Source of the DNA: a virus
DNA: 37,921 nucleotides
Virus genome (UHGV): UHGV-0081762
Direction: 5' to 3' (one strand)
Below the pieces are notes generated by a model. It was given only the letters and a program-made list of their open reading frames with translations. It ran no database searches and was not told the origin of the DNA. This document shows, one piece after another, positions 1 through 8,614 of the stretch. Both the position numbers and the translations under genes were made by a program. Numbering within the stretch: position 1 is the first letter of the stretch; every line of letters begins with the position of its first letter.

Positions 1-6
1 TTCAGG

Positions 7-82
7 GCCGATATAGCTCAGTTGGTAGAGCAGCGCATTCGTAATGCGAAGGTCGGAGGTTCGACTCCTCTTATCGGCACCA
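7..82 (+). tRNA. thrW: tRNA-Thr (anticodon CGU), thrW-like; 3' portion from about position 37 is the prophage-side att copy
   Basis: Cloverleaf readable by eye: acceptor GCCGATA/TATCGGC, D-arm GCTC..GAGC, anticodon loop TTCGTAA (CGT), T-loop TTCGACT, CCA at 80-82. Confidence 0.85.
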
Positions 83-100
83 TTTAAATCAATAAGTTAC
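37..100. repeat. attL direct repeat (tRNA 3' half plus 18 bp downstream)
   Basis: attcgtaatgcgaaggtcgGaggttcgactcctCttatcggcaccatttaaatcaataagttac matches 37818-37881 with 2 mismatches. Confidence 0.85.
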
Positions 101-1257
101 CTCACATTTAAGTAAACCACGTTCTCCTCTTGTGCCGTATTTGTGCCATTGCGACTTATAATCGCATCGATTTTGCTCGCGTGCTCGGTGAGATGCCCGG
201 CTGAAAGGTGAGCGTATCTTTGAACCATTTCGAGAGTTTCCCATCCCCCCATCTCTTTAAGTGCAAGAAGAGAGACTCCGGACTGAACCAGCCAGCTTGC
301 CCAGGTGTGTCTCAGGTCATGGAATCGGAAGTTGCTAATGCCTGCCCGCTTTAACGCTCCCTTCCATGCTTTGTTGCTATCGGTTCTCATCTTCCTTACC
401 GCAGCTGTTTTTGTTCCGTCGCTTCGGTAGGCAGGTTTGGTGTGGACAAATACCCATCTCTTATGGAGCCCCTGCTGTTTTCTTAATATCTGGCATGCGG
501 TTTCGTTAAGAGGAACTCCGATCGCATTGCCAGCTTTTGTTTCATCAGGGTGCATCCATGCCATTTTCTTATCCAGATCGACCTGTGACCACTCAAGGTC
601 TGTAACGTTGGAACGGCGAAGGCCTGTAGTTATTGCGAACATGACCACAGGGAAGAAATGAGGAGCTATTTCTGCAAACAGGCGCTTCGATTCCTCTTCT
701 GTAAGCCATCTAATGCGTCCATTCTTAACGCGTGGTGTTGATATTTTGGGAGCCCTGTCAAGCCATCCCCATTCAACAGCCATATTGAGAATAGCGCGAA
801 GTATTGCCAGATGTCGCGTCTTCGTTCCTTTGCTTGCCAGCTTTGGTTTATACTCCGGCACTGGCTTGCCAAGCCGCAAACACCTGTCCCGGCTCATTTC
901 CCAGTTCAGGCGATGGCGGCGGTTTTCCATCCCGTCTACCGCCTCCATTATTTTTTCTGTTGTTATGTCAGAGAGAATGGTTTCTCTGAAGTGCAACATC
1001 CAGAACGATATAATGCTCTTGTCATCATCAATGGACTTCTTATCCGATTTCTCACGCAGCCACCGTATGCAGGCTTCCTTGAATAGCTTTTTCGGCGATT
1101 CCCCGAGATTTTTTACTCTCCACGCTTCTGCTTTCAGACGATCGTGAAGTTCTTGCGCTTGCCTTTTGTCCGATGTTTCAAGAGAGCGTCTAACTCTTGA
1201 TCCATCTGGCGCGACGAAATCGCAGTGCCACGTGCCACCGCGTAGTTTGATTGACAT
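97..1257 (-). CDS. int: Tyrosine integrase (P22/lambda Int family)
   Basis: 386-aa ORF adjacent to tRNA; C-terminal HDLRHTWAS and LEMVQRYAHL motifs typical of tyrosine recombinase catalytic domain. Confidence 0.9.
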   Translation of the reverse strand: MSIKLRGGTWHCDFVAPDGSRVRRSLETSDKRQAQELHDRLKAEAWRVKNLGESPKKLFKEACIRWLREKSDKKSIDDDKSIISFWMLHFRETILSDITTEKIMEAVDGMENRRHRLNWEMSRDRCLRLGKPVPEYKPKLASKGTKTRHLAILRAILNMAVEWGWLDRAPKISTPRVKNGRIRWLTEEESKRLFAEIAPHFFPVVMFAITTGLRRSNVTDLEWSQVDLDKKMAWMHPDETKAGNAIGVPLNETACQILRKQQGLHKRWVFVHTKPAYRSDGTKTAAVRKMRTDSNKAWKGALKRAGISNFRFHDLRHTWASWLVQSGVSLLALKEMGGWETLEMVQRYAHLSAGHLTEHASKIDAIISRNGTNTAQEENVVYLNVR

Positions 1258-1553
1258 GCTTTAACCTCCTGCACATCAACCGCATTCACCGCGCTATTGT
1301 GTCTCACAGACTTAAGCGCCGCAATGCAGTCTGACTTGCAAATGCGATATGGACTTTTAGGTTTATCTGGATTTATCTTTGCGGCCTGAAGTCGTCCACT
1401 TCGTATCCACTGTGTGATAGTGCCTTTGTCTACCTTCAGATACGACGCAGCTTCTTCACGAGTGAAGATTTCTTCTTCCACCTGGAATCTCCATTTATTG
1501 GATTGACATGATTGCGGTAGGTCTGGATATCTTGAGAAATGAACAGGCCTCAT
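1134..1553 (-). CDS. xis: Excisionase-like HTH DNA-binding protein (start uncertain; overlaps int 5' end)
   Basis: ORF directly upstream of int with FTREEAASYLKVDKGTITQWIRSGRL helix-turn-helix segment. Confidence 0.55.
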   Translation of the reverse strand: MRPVHFSRYPDLPQSCQSNKWRFQVEEEIFTREEAASYLKVDKGTITQWIRSGRLQAAKINPDKPKSPYRICKSDCIAALKSVRHNSAVNAVDVQEVKACQSNYAVARGTAISSRQMDQELDALLKHRTKGKRKNFTIV

Positions 1554-1580
1554 CGAGTGTGAGGCCGTGTGATTCCATAG

Positions 1581-1925
1581 TTAGTCCTTGCGTAGCTCGC
1601 TGATTCTTCTGTAAGTCTCTGGTGCTTTGTTTCCGTGTATCTTCATTTCCGACTTCAACAGAGCAACGAGGGAATCCCATTCGTTGAGGATTCCTTTGAA
1701 TGCCGGAACGCGCTTTGCAACCTTGTCGAATGAATCTCTGATTTCTGGAATCTGCTCGACAAGCGCAACGCATCGCCGGAAATCGGCTGCGTCATGTGGA
1801 GCGCCGAAGTGATGACCATAGATATTCTTTTTCAGTCCACATGCGATTGAGGCAAGAGTTGCGCTACTGATGCCGACATCGCCAGTCGATTGCCATTTCA
1901 AAACCTTCATAGCCAAATCTGACAT
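1581..1925 (-). CDS. Hypothetical protein (early-left accessory region)
   Basis: 114-aa ORF in operon orientation, downstream of intrinsic terminator. Confidence 0.5.
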   Translation of the reverse strand: MSDLAMKVLKWQSTGDVGISSATLASIACGLKKNIYGHHFGAPHDAADFRRCVALVEQIPEIRDSFDKVAKRVPAFKGILNEWDSLVALLKSEMKIHGNKAPETYRRISELRKD

Positions 1926-1959
1926 TTCTTGTCTCCATAAAACAAAACCCGCCGTAGCG

Positions 1960-1993
1960 AGTTCAGATAAAAGAAAACCCGCACTCGGCGGGT
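1960..1993 (-). terminator. Rho-independent terminator (leftward transcripts)
   Basis: Hairpin aacccgc/gcgggtt with 5-nt loop followed on minus strand by T-rich run (plus-strand ataaaagaaaa). Confidence 0.55.
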
Positions 1994-2151
1994 TCGCATT
2001 TGTTCAAATTGCGCTTACTTCTTGGCATTCTTCCCAGACATTTCCATGTATCGCGATTCGCTGACTTTAGGTGGTGTTAACGACTGCTCGCGATAGCATG
2101 TTAACTTTGTCGCGTTCTTCCTATGATTTTGCTGCAATGTTGAAAACAGAT

Positions 2152-2448
2152 TTATTGATCGCTTATAGTCTTAGACATTTCGAATTTTTCACCGATTGGC
2201 TTTAGCTCATCAATAGCCTTATAGATTTCGTCATTTGATGGTTTTTTACCAGAATAAGCATAGTTGTAAGCATAAAAAACATCTCCTCTGGTATCCTTGA
2301 ACTCCATAACAGAAATCTCTTGAACTTTTCCACTGTTATCACTTATTTCGATAGACTTGATGTCTTGGTGGCTTGTGTGCAGTCTTGGTTCTTTTCCTTC
2401 TTCAAAAATTATTTGCTGATACATGATCTGATCCTTGTAATTCATCAA
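2152..2448 (-). CDS. Hypothetical protein encoded in AT-rich moron-like segment
   Basis: 98-aa ORF; markedly AT-rich compared with flanking genes; terminator immediately downstream. Confidence 0.5.
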   Translation of the reverse strand: MMNYKDQIMYQQIIFEEGKEPRLHTSHQDIKSIEISDNSGKVQEISVMEFKDTRGDVFYAYNYAYSGKKPSNDEIYKAIDELKPIGEKFEMSKTISDQ

Positions 2449-2511
2449 ATAGTTAACAACAAAAAGTGAATTTGATTGTACCTAAAAATTCTTTTGCTTT
2501 CTGCTGCTGAT

Positions 2512-2832
2512 TTAGTCATTGATATTCACCTTTATCGCGAACACCTTTACCGGTTTATCTCCGAAGTGTGGATGTGTGATTGTCTTCACTTCATATCCGC
2601 CATACGGGACGTCAATTCTGCGACTGGAATCGTCGCGCTTCGGATATCCCTTTGTGATAATCAGGCGGTCATACTCGCGGAACATAATTCGCTTATTCCA
2701 GTAGTCATTAAACAGGCGATACTCTTCCGTTTTCTCTCCGCGAATCATGGCATCGAAGTATTCACCTTTAACGGCAAGTTGCAGGTTAGCCACGGTTAAC
2801 CTCCTGAGGCGGTTCTGCTGCAAAATACGCAA
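2512..2832 (-). CDS. ASCH/DUF3850-like domain protein
   Basis: 106-aa ORF with GEYFDAMIRGEKTEEYR...REYD pattern resembling ASCH/PUA-like fold proteins common in phages (from memory). Confidence 0.45.
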   Translation of the reverse strand: MRILQQNRLRRLTVANLQLAVKGEYFDAMIRGEKTEEYRLFNDYWNKRIMFREYDRLIITKGYPKRDDSSRRIDVPYGGYEVKTITHPHFGDKPVKVFAIKVNIND

Positions 2833-3691
2833 TACCTTTATCCCAGATGGATTTTATGGTCGTCCACGTGACTGGTACTTTAATTTCAATCCGCCCGCTA
2901 CCGTCACAGGTATCGCAATCATCATCGCCAAAGCATTCCGGGCAGCTGATAAACGTAGTTTCTGAAAATTCACCGGATAGCGCACCCTTAGCGCCGTTCT
3001 CGGCTGTTAGTCTCTTCGGCACCACGACCCAACCATCCGGAGTTACCGGAGAGTTGCCATTTACATCGAAGTTTGGCTCTGCGTCCTGAACCAGGAGGAT
3101 GTAACCATTCTTGGCAGTATCAAGTTCTAACGCCTCGGTGACGGTGCCGAAATAGCGATTGCCTAAATCAGCATCACAAGTGCTTACATCAATGGAAACT
3201 TCCATGCCCTCGATTAATTCTGGCAAGTTGTAAGTTTGGCTTACAGGTTCGGCACCATGAAGCATGGCGTCGCTCCGCTCTATGCCATCCAGCGCGATTC
3301 GCAGTGCCTGAATTGTGGTAATGCTATCGTTTGGGGCTATTCCATATCGCTCGAATACAGCGATATGACCGCGCATAATCTCAGGCGTAAGCTCTTTGTA
3401 AGCATAAGCAAGCGACCCTGATGCATCATCCGGCACAACCGACGCAGGCGCGGCAGCATAAACAGGAATAACGTCCGCTTGCTCTTTATTGCTTTCATCC
3501 GTTAAAGCCCAGAATAATTTCCCGGCCGGATGTTTGAAAATATAAGCAACTGGTTCTGCTTCCAGCGATGCCAGAGCAATTCGTGCCAGTTCTTCCGCTT
3601 CTTCTGCTGGCAGTACAACGTTGCTACCCGGTCCGTATGTTTCGCGCCACTGATTGATTGTCAGTAGTCGATCTTTGGCAATAGTGGTCAT
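2786..3691 (-). CDS. Hypothetical 301-aa protein with C-terminal Cys-rich zinc-ribbon-like motif
   Basis: Long ORF; C-terminal CPECFGDDDCDTCDGSGRIEI motif. Confidence 0.55.
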   Translation of the reverse strand: MTTIAKDRLLTINQWRETYGPGSNVVLPAEEAEELARIALASLEAEPVAYIFKHPAGKLFWALTDESNKEQADVIPVYAAAPASVVPDDASGSLAYAYKELTPEIMRGHIAVFERYGIAPNDSITTIQALRIALDGIERSDAMLHGAEPVSQTYNLPELIEGMEVSIDVSTCDADLGNRYFGTVTEALELDTAKNGYILLVQDAEPNFDVNGNSPVTPDGWVVVPKRLTAENGAKGALSGEFSETTFISCPECFGDDDCDTCDGSGRIEIKVPVTWTTIKSIWDKGIAYFAAEPPQEVNRG

Positions 3692-4203
3692 GCCGCGTTT
3701 CCTTCTTTCTTATTAACAATTACACCGTCATATATTTCATTAAGGTGCCCTCTCAACTCCATACGCCTTAATGCAGATAACATGTAATCGCATTCAACCT
3801 GCTTATTTCCAGTAAATGGCTTATCGTCAGGATTACCCCAACAGCAATTACCCTTGGGCCACCCATGTACTTTCCGTACTCTTCCGTTAACAACGTGAAG
3901 TAATCCCCAGCCAGGTGGTAAATCCTCAATTGAAATAATTCCCGGCTCACTAATAAAGAATCGCCAGTCGCCCATTCCAAGAGACGGATTTTTACGAAAA
4001 CGCTTTTTTCTATCTGCCAACAAGTCAGCACGAGAACATTTCGCCTCTATCAGGCATGATGCTGAATTTCTGAATCCCATAGCATCTGGCTGTTCTCCGG
4101 TACTGGTTACAGCTATAAAGCGGTCATGAAAACAAACCTTGAACCCGTTGCGCTTAAGGAACTTGTACGCAATCTGACAGAGTTCGCGGTGTGTTAACGC
4201 CAT
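3688..4203 (-). CDS. Putative PD-(D/E)xK nuclease-fold protein (MmcB-like)
   Basis: ORF with D...EAK motif (DAMGFRNSASCLIEAKCSRAD); start placed at MALTH with strong AAGGAG RBS; longest ORF extends to 4275. Confidence 0.45.
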   Translation of the reverse strand: MALTHRELCQIAYKFLKRNGFKVCFHDRFIAVTSTGEQPDAMGFRNSASCLIEAKCSRADLLADRKKRFRKNPSLGMGDWRFFISEPGIISIEDLPPGWGLLHVVNGRVRKVHGWPKGNCCWGNPDDKPFTGNKQVECDYMLSALRRMELRGHLNEIYDGVIVNKKEGNAA

Positions 4204-4204
4204 A

Positions 4205-4393
4205 TCACTCTCCTTTAGTGCGCAAGTGGTTTTTCCAGCGGTTTTGCGCCGCGCTGGGCTTTTTGCAAAAACCACAATCCATCATCCCGTAATATTTCAT
4301 CAACCCCATCCGTCGGTTGCTGAGTCTCACCCACTGCCAGACGCCAGGAGCGTTTCTACGAACTAACAGAATCTTTGCTTTACGGTTTTTCAT
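4205..4393 (-). CDS. Small basic protein, paralog B (MKNRKAK...)
   Basis: 62-aa ORF; N-terminus and KKPSAAQNR segment paralogous to adjacent 58-aa ORF. Confidence 0.45.
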   Translation of the reverse strand: MKNRKAKILLVRRNAPGVWQWVRLSNRRMGLMKYYGMMDCGFCKKPSAAQNRWKNHLRTKGE

Positions 4394-4566
4394 CTTACAG
4401 CGTACCCTTTCTTCCGCCTGTTCTGTGACGCAGTAGGCTTACGCTTTGCGGCAAAAGCCACCTGACCAAATGGATGGAGTACCGCTATCTTATGGTTGCT
4501 AATAACCAGCTCCACCACACGCACAGGTCGCTGTAAAAAAAGTCGTTTTGCCTTACGGTTTTTCAT
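4390..4566 (-). CDS. Small basic protein, paralog A (MKNRKAK...)
   Basis: 58-aa ORF hand-translated from minus strand; AGGAGAG RBS; ATGA overlap with paralog B. Confidence 0.4.
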   Translation of the reverse strand: MKNRKAKRLFLQRPVRVVELVISNHKIAVLHPFGQVAFAAKRKPTASQNRRKKGYAVR

Positions 4567-4738
4567 CGCTTTGCTCTCCTGCGTCTCTTTGCTGCTCGTC
4601 GTGCCGCTGCAATACCGGTATGGCGGCGCTTTGGTGCCGGGATGATGTTGTCAGCCATCAGGACATGTGGCTTTGCAATTAGCGCAGAAGCCCAAAAACG
4701 AGTCGGGTACGGTAACAAGCCGATACATGCCACACGCA

Positions 4739-5494
4739 CTACTCACCTCCGTTGATGCGAATGCCAGCGGCACGGGAATCATTCCATCGCTTTACTTCTT
4801 CACGAATTACGTCAATGCATTCTTTCGAATCCATTAGGTAATCTTCATCAAAAAGCCTTTCCTGTTCGTTTTCTATCGCAACAATGATTGCTTCAACTAA
4901 CTTTTGTGCCTGAGAACCACTTTCTAACTCTGCAATGCGCTTCTCTGCGGCTTCCAGCTTCTCGCGCATATCGTCAACGTACTCGACCAGAGATCCGCCA
5001 GCAGGAATTTCGCACTCCTCGACCAGTTGGAAGTAGATATCAGCTGCGGCCCGTGTGTTGCTATGCCTAGCGTCGCCCATCTCACCTTCACGAAGAGCAT
5101 CGCGTTCGGCGGTAAGATTGGCTATTTTGCTGTCTTTGCCTTCCAGCTCAACGCGAAGCCTCCCTACCGTTAGCGCAATTTCCTCGTTCTCCTGGTCACG
5201 GCGTTTGATGTATTGCTGGTTTCTTTCCAGTTCATCCAGTAATGCCGTCACGGTAGCTGGATTGGCTGCGGCGATGAATTCAGCATTGGCCTGCTGTTCT
5301 ATTTGGAAATCTTCATCGAAACCGCTTTCAGGATGCGCTCCTTCAATTCTGCAAATGGGAATATATCCAGCAACTTCACGATGAATTAGCGCATCATCAC
5401 CATCAAATCAGCTCTTTCCATATTCGAGCGACCACTCGCCACACGTTGCTTTTTCTGCCTTAGCACGCAGTGCCTGATAATCAATCTTGCTCAC
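4739..5494 (-). pseudogene. Ead/Ea22-like gene interrupted by in-frame TGA (N-terminal 28 codons, stop, then in-frame continuation; GTG at 5251 could restart)
   Basis: Minus-strand frame reads [28 protein letters not shown]-stop-FDGDDALIHREVAGY... continuing into the 170-aa ORF 4739-5251; coiled-coil Ea22-like C-terminus. Confidence 0.5.
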
Positions 5495-6093
5495 TGGTTG
5501 CCTCCTTTGCGAAGCTGGGCAGCAAAGTCAACTAACCACTCAGTCATTTCAACCTTCCCTACCAGGTCTGAACCAGGGTGCATACAGCAATCACTCTGCG
5601 CCGCTTTGAAATCCTTATACTCATATTCTTGGGCCACCAGATTTTTTGCAGCTTCTATAGCAGCATCCACCCCCTGCGCCCGAACTTCAGCCAGGAAAGC
5701 ATCAGTGGCTGACATATTTCCTGTTGCCTTCATGGCCTTCAAAATAACCAGAACGCCATCTCGCCCAACCACCTCAGCGATAACCTCGGTGTTGTCGCCA
5801 ACAACATCGCAGAATGCCTGAACTGCCTTACGAGCCAGCTCATTCTCCGCCGCAAGCGCCGAAAACTTCTCGTGTGCCAACTTAACAACTGCATCAGCCT
5901 GCTTAATTGACTCAATCGCTCTCTGCTGGTCTTCGGACAGAGCCGAAATCTTGGCCTCCGCTTCAGCAAATTTGCGCACCAGATATTCAGCGTTTGTTTC
6001 GTTAACCTTTAAATCTCGTGGGATGCATTTACCTTTCAGAAATCCACCCATCTCAATTAGTGACATTTGTTTCATTTTTTCCCACTCCGCCAC
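5491..6093 (-). CDS. Ead/Ea22-like family protein
   Basis: 200-aa ORF with Ala/Glu-rich coiled-coil region, position in ea region. Confidence 0.5.
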   Translation of the reverse strand: MAEWEKMKQMSLIEMGGFLKGKCIPRDLKVNETNAEYLVRKFAEAEAKISALSEDQQRAIESIKQADAVVKLAHEKFSALAAENELARKAVQAFCDVVGDNTEVIAEVVGRDGVLVILKAMKATGNMSATDAFLAEVRAQGVDAAIEAAKNLVAQEYEYKDFKAAQSDCCMHPGSDLVGKVEMTEWLVDFAAQLRKGGNQ

Positions 6094-6232
6094 ATCGCAT
6101 TCAGATATTTGTTTTGATTCACTGACGGAAAAGAATTTCTCTTAAGCAATTCCTCTCTCGATGGCATTGGCTTTACGCGTTGGCGAATAATCATTTCTGC
6201 CGGAAGAATGCCGGGATTGTATGCAAGTCCTC

Positions 6233-6514
6233 TCATGATTTACTCTCCACGAACTGGTCAATAGCCATGCTAAGTGACACACCTAAATTCTCGATATGTT
6301 GCTGAATATCCTGTAGCGTCTGCGCCTGAGATAACAGGATTTCACGGTTGCATAATTCTTTAACCAGATGCTCAAACTTGCTGTAATAACCGATACGGCT
6401 TAGTGTTTCTTTCCCTGCATTCTCGCCTTCTTTGATAATTCCTCTTTCGCTAAGAATCAGGTCGTGTTTGGTTCCGGTAATAACGTATTTTCCGAGGTCG
6501 ATGTTTAGCTTCAT
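6233..6514 (-). CDS. Hypothetical protein
   Basis: 93-aa ORF in operon orientation. Confidence 0.45.
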   Translation of the reverse strand: MKLNIDLGKYVITGTKHDLILSERGIIKEGENAGKETLSRIGYYSKFEHLVKELCNREILLSQAQTLQDIQQHIENLGVSLSMAIDQFVESKS

Positions 6515-6530
6515 TGTTAATTACTCCATG

Positions 6531-6845
6531 TTAATTTATTCGTATGCCTGCTCTTTCTTCATCGAGTTTTTTTAGCTTGTATCGCATAGCTCTCACTGAA
6601 TAAATTGAGCGGCAGGTTGCAATTGCTATTTCTTCTGCGGAGAACTTACCGAAAAGTGATACTTCGGCTCTTGTCCAGCGTCTTCCACGAAGTCGGCTAA
6701 CAATGTCAGCGCCAATCCTTGTTGCTTTCGCCATTACTGCTTTTTCAGTCCTTTCCAGTTTTTCAGCGATAACTTCAACTGGCATTGTTGCCGCTACTTC
6801 GCGCAAGAAATCGACTTCCCATTTCTCCCAAGGAGTCTTTTTCAT
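6531..6845 (-). CDS. Hypothetical protein
   Basis: 104-aa ORF in operon orientation. Confidence 0.45.
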   Translation of the reverse strand: MKKTPWEKWEVDFLREVAATMPVEVIAEKLERTEKAVMAKATRIGADIVSRLRGRRWTRAEVSLFGKFSAEEIAIATCRSIYSVRAMRYKLKKLDEERAGIRIN

Positions 6846-6856
6846 AGGCGATACCG

Positions 6857-7345
6857 TTATTTGATAAGAAGTGAAGGTTTCCCAACTTTGAGTTGAGCAC
6901 CGGGGATATTTATTCCTGCTTTTAGTTGGTGTTTGATTGCCAACTTGTCGGCTTTAATTGTCGTTTCAAACTCAACGTATTCAGGAGGAAGGGCGCTTGA
7001 GTCGATGATTTCTACAGTTTCTGACGGTTTGCGGATTGTTACCTGGTGAATACCTGCTCTAATCTTTTTCTTGCCAACCATTTCAAGCGATGACGCTATA
7101 TACGCCATAATGCTATCAATCTTATTTTGAATTACTGCTGCTCGTTCATTTAGTGACTTTGCCTCTTCCTTGAGGCGTTCAGCATAACCAGATTCATTTT
7201 TAATAATGGCGAGAAGTTGCTCTATTTTATCGGTAAATTCTCCTTCCATGCCTTCTATTGTGTCAGCAATCATCTCTGGCTCTAAATCTGAATCCATCAA
7301 TTTTGCGTATTCATTGGCTATTTCATATAGTTTGCTCACTGGCAA
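6857..7345 (-). CDS. Siphovirus Gp157-like protein (recombination-associated)
   Basis: 162-aa ORF immediately downstream of recT; resembles Gp157 family as recalled. Confidence 0.45.
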   Translation of the reverse strand: MPVSKLYEIANEYAKLMDSDLEPEMIADTIEGMEGEFTDKIEQLLAIIKNESGYAERLKEEAKSLNERAAVIQNKIDSIMAYIASSLEMVGKKKIRAGIHQVTIRKPSETVEIIDSSALPPEYVEFETTIKADKLAIKHQLKAGINIPGAQLKVGKPSLLIK

Positions 7346-8225
7346 CCTCCAGTTTCGCTTTGCATTCTATGTAAATGGCTTGTACGTTCTGCTGCAATTT
7401 CATTCCAGATGTCAGGCGATATGCTTCTGCAAAATATCGCTTCAAATCATCCATGTTTTCTGCCTGAGCCATTTCATCACAAAGAAGTTGTGCTTTATCC
7501 ATTATTTCCTGCTGGCGTTTCCGTTCATCTTCGCGGATATCTTCCTCTGATTTGTGCGGCATAACTGGCTCCTGATGCATACCTTCATCTTCGTTAAGCA
7601 GGTGAATGGCATTATCCAGTCGCTGGGCTTTAGGCCAGTATTTGCTGGCGCGTTTAACTATTGTTTTACGTGCCATCTCTTCCCAGAATGTTTTCCACGG
7701 TCCATTCTTTGCCTTGCTCGTTGCTTCCACAGCTTTAATTTCTGCCAGACTCATTTCTTCAGTCAGGTAGTCACCATCTGCTGTTTTAACCGTGCAATAA
7801 CCACCAACAATAGAGCCTCGCTCACCAAATGCGTTGTATTTGTGGGTTGGTGCTGAATCAAGGCCATTTGATTCATAGGTGTCGTTTGAGTACACCAGTT
7901 TGCATTGCCCCCACTTAATTGAACCTGTCGATTGCGCAAGGTGAAGTAATCCCATGTAACTGATATCAAGGCACACCATGCCGTCGCGAGGAACCAGATA
8001 AGCCAGTTTGCTGGCCGGGTTTAAGGTGATGCCGATCGCCGCAACATTGATGATAGCGTTCTGTGCGCTGGTTGGATTTGCCAGTGCCGTTTTAGCCAGG
8101 TAATCATTTTTCTGGAAATACTGAATTGCAAACTGGCTTTCCTTAGCCCATGTCACCGTCTGTTCAGTCAATGCTCCGCAGAATAACTGCTCCTGCTGTT
8201 TAACGAATTCAACGATATTGCTCAT
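7323..8225 (-). CDS. recT: RecT-family single-strand annealing recombinase
   Basis: 300-aa ORF; position equivalent to bet/erf in early-left operon; sequence recalled as RecT-like. Confidence 0.75.
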   Translation of the reverse strand: MSNIVEFVKQQEQLFCGALTEQTVTWAKESQFAIQYFQKNDYLAKTALANPTSAQNAIINVAAIGITLNPASKLAYLVPRDGMVCLDISYMGLLHLAQSTGSIKWGQCKLVYSNDTYESNGLDSAPTHKYNAFGERGSIVGGYCTVKTADGDYLTEEMSLAEIKAVEATSKAKNGPWKTFWEEMARKTIVKRASKYWPKAQRLDNAIHLLNEDEGMHQEPVMPHKSEEDIREDERKRQQEIMDKAQLLCDEMAQAENMDDLKRYFAEAYRLTSGMKLQQNVQAIYIECKAKLEVASEQTI

Positions 8226-8533
8226 GCTGCTTCTCCAAAAATGTGTCTGCGTTTGAATATTGCGAAGGCATATTCAGCCTTAACTCTTTTGGTTATTGCA
8301 TCCCAGAACCATTTAGCGGCTTCTTCCTGATAGTCACAGTCATCATCTTCCAGCCAGTCGATAGCGTCCTTAGTGTGTTCATCTGGTTTATATGAGCGAA
8401 GCATTTCGCTTATTGGGTCGCAACGTTTGCAGAGGCGATCAACTTCACTGTTGATTCGTTCGTAATCTTCATCAGTAAAACTTGCGATTATTTGCGATAT
8501 TTCACGCTTATCATTCAGAGTCAGAATCATCAT
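8222..8533 (-). CDS. Hypothetical acidic protein upstream of recT (Abc/anti-nuclease position)
   Basis: 103-aa ORF with acidic tract DWLEDDDCDYQEE; translationally coupled to recT. Confidence 0.45.
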   Translation of the reverse strand: MMILTLNDKREISQIIASFTDEDYERINSEVDRLCKRCDPISEMLRSYKPDEHTKDAIDWLEDDDCDYQEEAAKWFWDAITKRVKAEYAFAIFKRRHIFGEAA

Positions 8534-8614
8534 CTTTCTCCTGTTCTTTGTGCTGATTGAGCATTTTGTTCATCTGACGAATGAATTCTTCGTCTGACCA
8601 GTTATCTGTAAAAC

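Noticed and set aside
437-1147. Several plus-strand ORFs inside the integrase region
   Set aside because: Antisense to the well-supported integrase ORF; no independent support.
4567-4738. 25-aa minus-strand ORF (MYRLVTVPDSFLGFCANCKATCPDG)
   Set aside because: Very short, no recognisable RBS or conservation evidence.
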